Positions 62,546 through 64,000 of a DNA stretch of 64,000 nucleotides are shown here, one piece after another. The number at the start of each line of letters is the position of its first letter. Positions within the stretch are counted from its first letter, which is position 1. Source of the DNA: Pseudomonadota bacterium (GTDB lineage Bacteria; Pseudomonadota; Alphaproteobacteria; Rickettsiales; UBA1997); contig JAGWWH010000001.1 of assembly GCA_018970485.1 (NCBI GenBank), forward strand, positions 79,951 to 143,950, in the 5' to 3' direction. The notes beneath the pieces were generated by a model. It had not been told where the DNA came from. It saw nothing but the letters and a program-made list of their open reading frames with translations, and searched no databases. The translations under genes and the position numbers were made by a program.

Positions 62546-64000
62546 ATGCTTTCTGAAAAAAATATTGTCGTCACAATAGGAAACTATGGCGCGATCGTTG
62601 CTTTGCATTCAGGCGGTAAAATAGAAGATCACGTCTTTCTTGATGATTTTAATGAAGAATCTCGCACCCAAATTTCTAAAATCTGCTTAGCGAATAAGCG
62701 CCACCCAATTTACGTTTTGCTCGATACGATCGATCAAAGTTACAAGAAAAAAATCTACCCTTCAGTAAAGAAGTCCGATCTTGCCAAAATCGTGAAACGC
62801 GACTTGGCAAATGATGGAGACACTACCCTTCTAAAAGGGTACATGATCATGAACAGCAAGAAACCTAGTATTAAGAAAACCAAACAAGGTACGTCGGATC
62901 GCTGGGAATGCTTATTTATTTCATCTTCAGATTCAGATCTGATCAATAAGTGGCTAGAATACCTCTTGGAAATGCCCAACAATCTTGTTGGTATCTACAT
63001 GTCGCCGGTCGAAACCTTCGGCCTATTCCAAATGATGCAAGCGAGCATCAAATCGCATTCAAAAACAAAAAATAAAAACAACGATCTCTACTGCGTCGTA
63101 CTTCAGAACCAAGTTAGTGGCATCAGACAAATCGTATTTTCAAGCCAAGGAATAGTCTTTACTCGTATCGTTAATTACGATTTCAACCAAGCAGATTTTT
63201 TAGAAAAGTACGAACGCGATCTTTACAGCACCTTCGAATATTTAAAAAGAATCTTTCCGAATTTGATGATGTCGGAATTGGATATCGTGAACATCTTTCC
63301 GGAAAAAGCTCTGTCGCTAATAGGCAATATTAGTAATCCGGAGTTAAACTTGATTAACTACACTCCGAACCAAGCCTCAATAGCTATTGGATATCCCTCC
63401 CTTTTGGATTCAGACAGTAGTTTTTGTGATTTTTTAGTTTCGAAAGCTTTCTCTAAAGGAAAAAAAATTCTAAAATTCACCACACCCAAAATAAATATTT
63501 TGGAGAGATTTTTTCTCACCATCAGATATTCCTATTACCTAAACCTAGTTTTGATCGCATTGATAATCGGGACTGGAGTTGCGAACTTGTTTTCTCGAGA
63601 CAAGGTAGCTCAATCGATAGAAGCTGCCGAAACTATCCGCTACAAAGCTAGCGAAGAACTATCCTTGCTAAAAAAATTAGTTTTCGAAGGCAGTAAAATT
63701 AACGATGAGAATAAAATTGTACTTGCAGAAAGGGTGATTGATTTCGGAAAAGTTGATGAAGTTCTAAATCAAAAAAAAGGACTTACCGAATCCTACACTA
63801 AGATGAATTTTCTTAGAAACTTTGATGTAAAGCTAACATCATTCTCTTTTAGCGCCGTCAATTTCAACAACACCTATCCCAGCCAGAACCTAAGCTACAA
63901 AATCACGTTCGCTGGAAATATGATAAATAGAACTGGTGACATCGAAGACCTATTTCGTCAATTCGACTATCTAACCGCAGAGATCAAAAAGAATTTCCCT
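62546..64000 (+). CDS. partial ORF (485 codons, runs off window): PilM/GspL-like cytoplasmic domain, TM helix, PilN/PilO-like periplasmic region (architecture-level guess)
   Basis: Hand translation from the ATG at 62546 has no stop to position 64000 (1455 nt, exactly 485 codons): MLSEKNIVVTIGNYGAIVALHSGGK...IYVLLDTIDQSYKKKIYPSVKKSDLAKIVKRDLAND... Single TM helix YYLNLVLIALIIGTGVANLF, then a coiled segment and VKLTSFSFSAVN...YKITFAGNMINRTGDIEDLFRQFDYL. Not in the ORF track because it is open-ended. Confidence 0.5.
   Translation, partial: MLSEKNIVVTIGNYGAIVALHSGGKIEDHVFLDDFNEESRTQISKICLANKRHPIYVLLDTIDQSYKKKIYPSVKKSDLAKIVKRDLANDGDTTLLKGYMIMNSKKPSIKKTKQGTSDRWECLFISSSDSDLINKWLEYLLEMPNNLVGIYMSPVETFGLFQMMQASIKSHSKTKNKNNDLYCVVLQNQVSGIRQIVFSSQGIVFTRIVNYDFNQADFLEKYERDLYSTFEYLKRIFPNLMMSELDIVNIFPEKALSLIGNISNPELNLINYTPNQASIAIGYPSLLDSDSSFCDFLVSKAFSKGKKILKFTTPKINILERFFLTIRYSYYLNLVLIALIIGTGVANLFSRDKVAQSIEAAETIRYKASEELSLLKKLVFEGSKINDENKIVLAERVIDFGKVDEVLNQKKGLTESYTKMNFLRNFDVKLTSFSFSAVNFNNTYPSQNLSYKITFAGNMINRTGDIEDLFRQFDYLTAEIKKNFP

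Overview
AT-rich bacterial chromosome segment, densely coding, with no rRNA, CRISPR array, transposase or integrase that I could see. The gene content points to an alphaproteobacterium with a Rickettsiales/Holosporales-like intracellular lifestyle. Supporting evidence: FtsZ with a long linker and an alphaproteobacterial C-terminal peptide; an NDUFA12-like/MlaD/DUF2155 neighbourhood; Rickettsiales-style VirB3 and a giant VirB6-like protein; and many short palindromic elements, some inserted in frame in genes.

Housekeeping genes recognised: murA, pepA, ccoNOQP (cbb3 oxidase), thiE, ftsZ, pntAA, nuoL, dnaJ, miaB, comF, rpe, murD, purE, rhlE-like DEAD helicase, RNase J, coaX, an aspartate aminotransferase, aspS, tRNA-Leu(UAA), thiD, pyrC, guaA, gpsA, acpS.

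Accessory or unusual content:
1. A 1975-aa, extremely cysteine-rich, N-terminally anchored orphan protein with eukaryote-like Sushi/CCP-type modules.
2. An alaS ORF that lacks the whole class II catalytic core and abuts a repeat fragment.
3. Near-identical ~68-nt palindromic elements inserted in frame in alaS and a YgjP-like gene, plus a decayed copy in a methyltransferase gene.
4. A tightly packed lipid-modification operon: 7 genes from an MFS transporter to a chalcone-isomerase-like protein (MFS, DUF3833, SDR, FAD oxidoreductase, DUF1365, CFA-synthase-like, chalcone-isomerase-like), preceded by an EptA-like gene and a small membrane-protein ORF.
5. A secreted RNI-type LRR protein.
6. Type IV secretion genes interleaved with translation genes.
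7. A partial PilM/PilN/PilO-like fusion ORF at the right edge.

All calls come from reading the translations and motifs by eye. No database search or computation was run, so family names are recognition-based and need HMM/BLAST confirmation.
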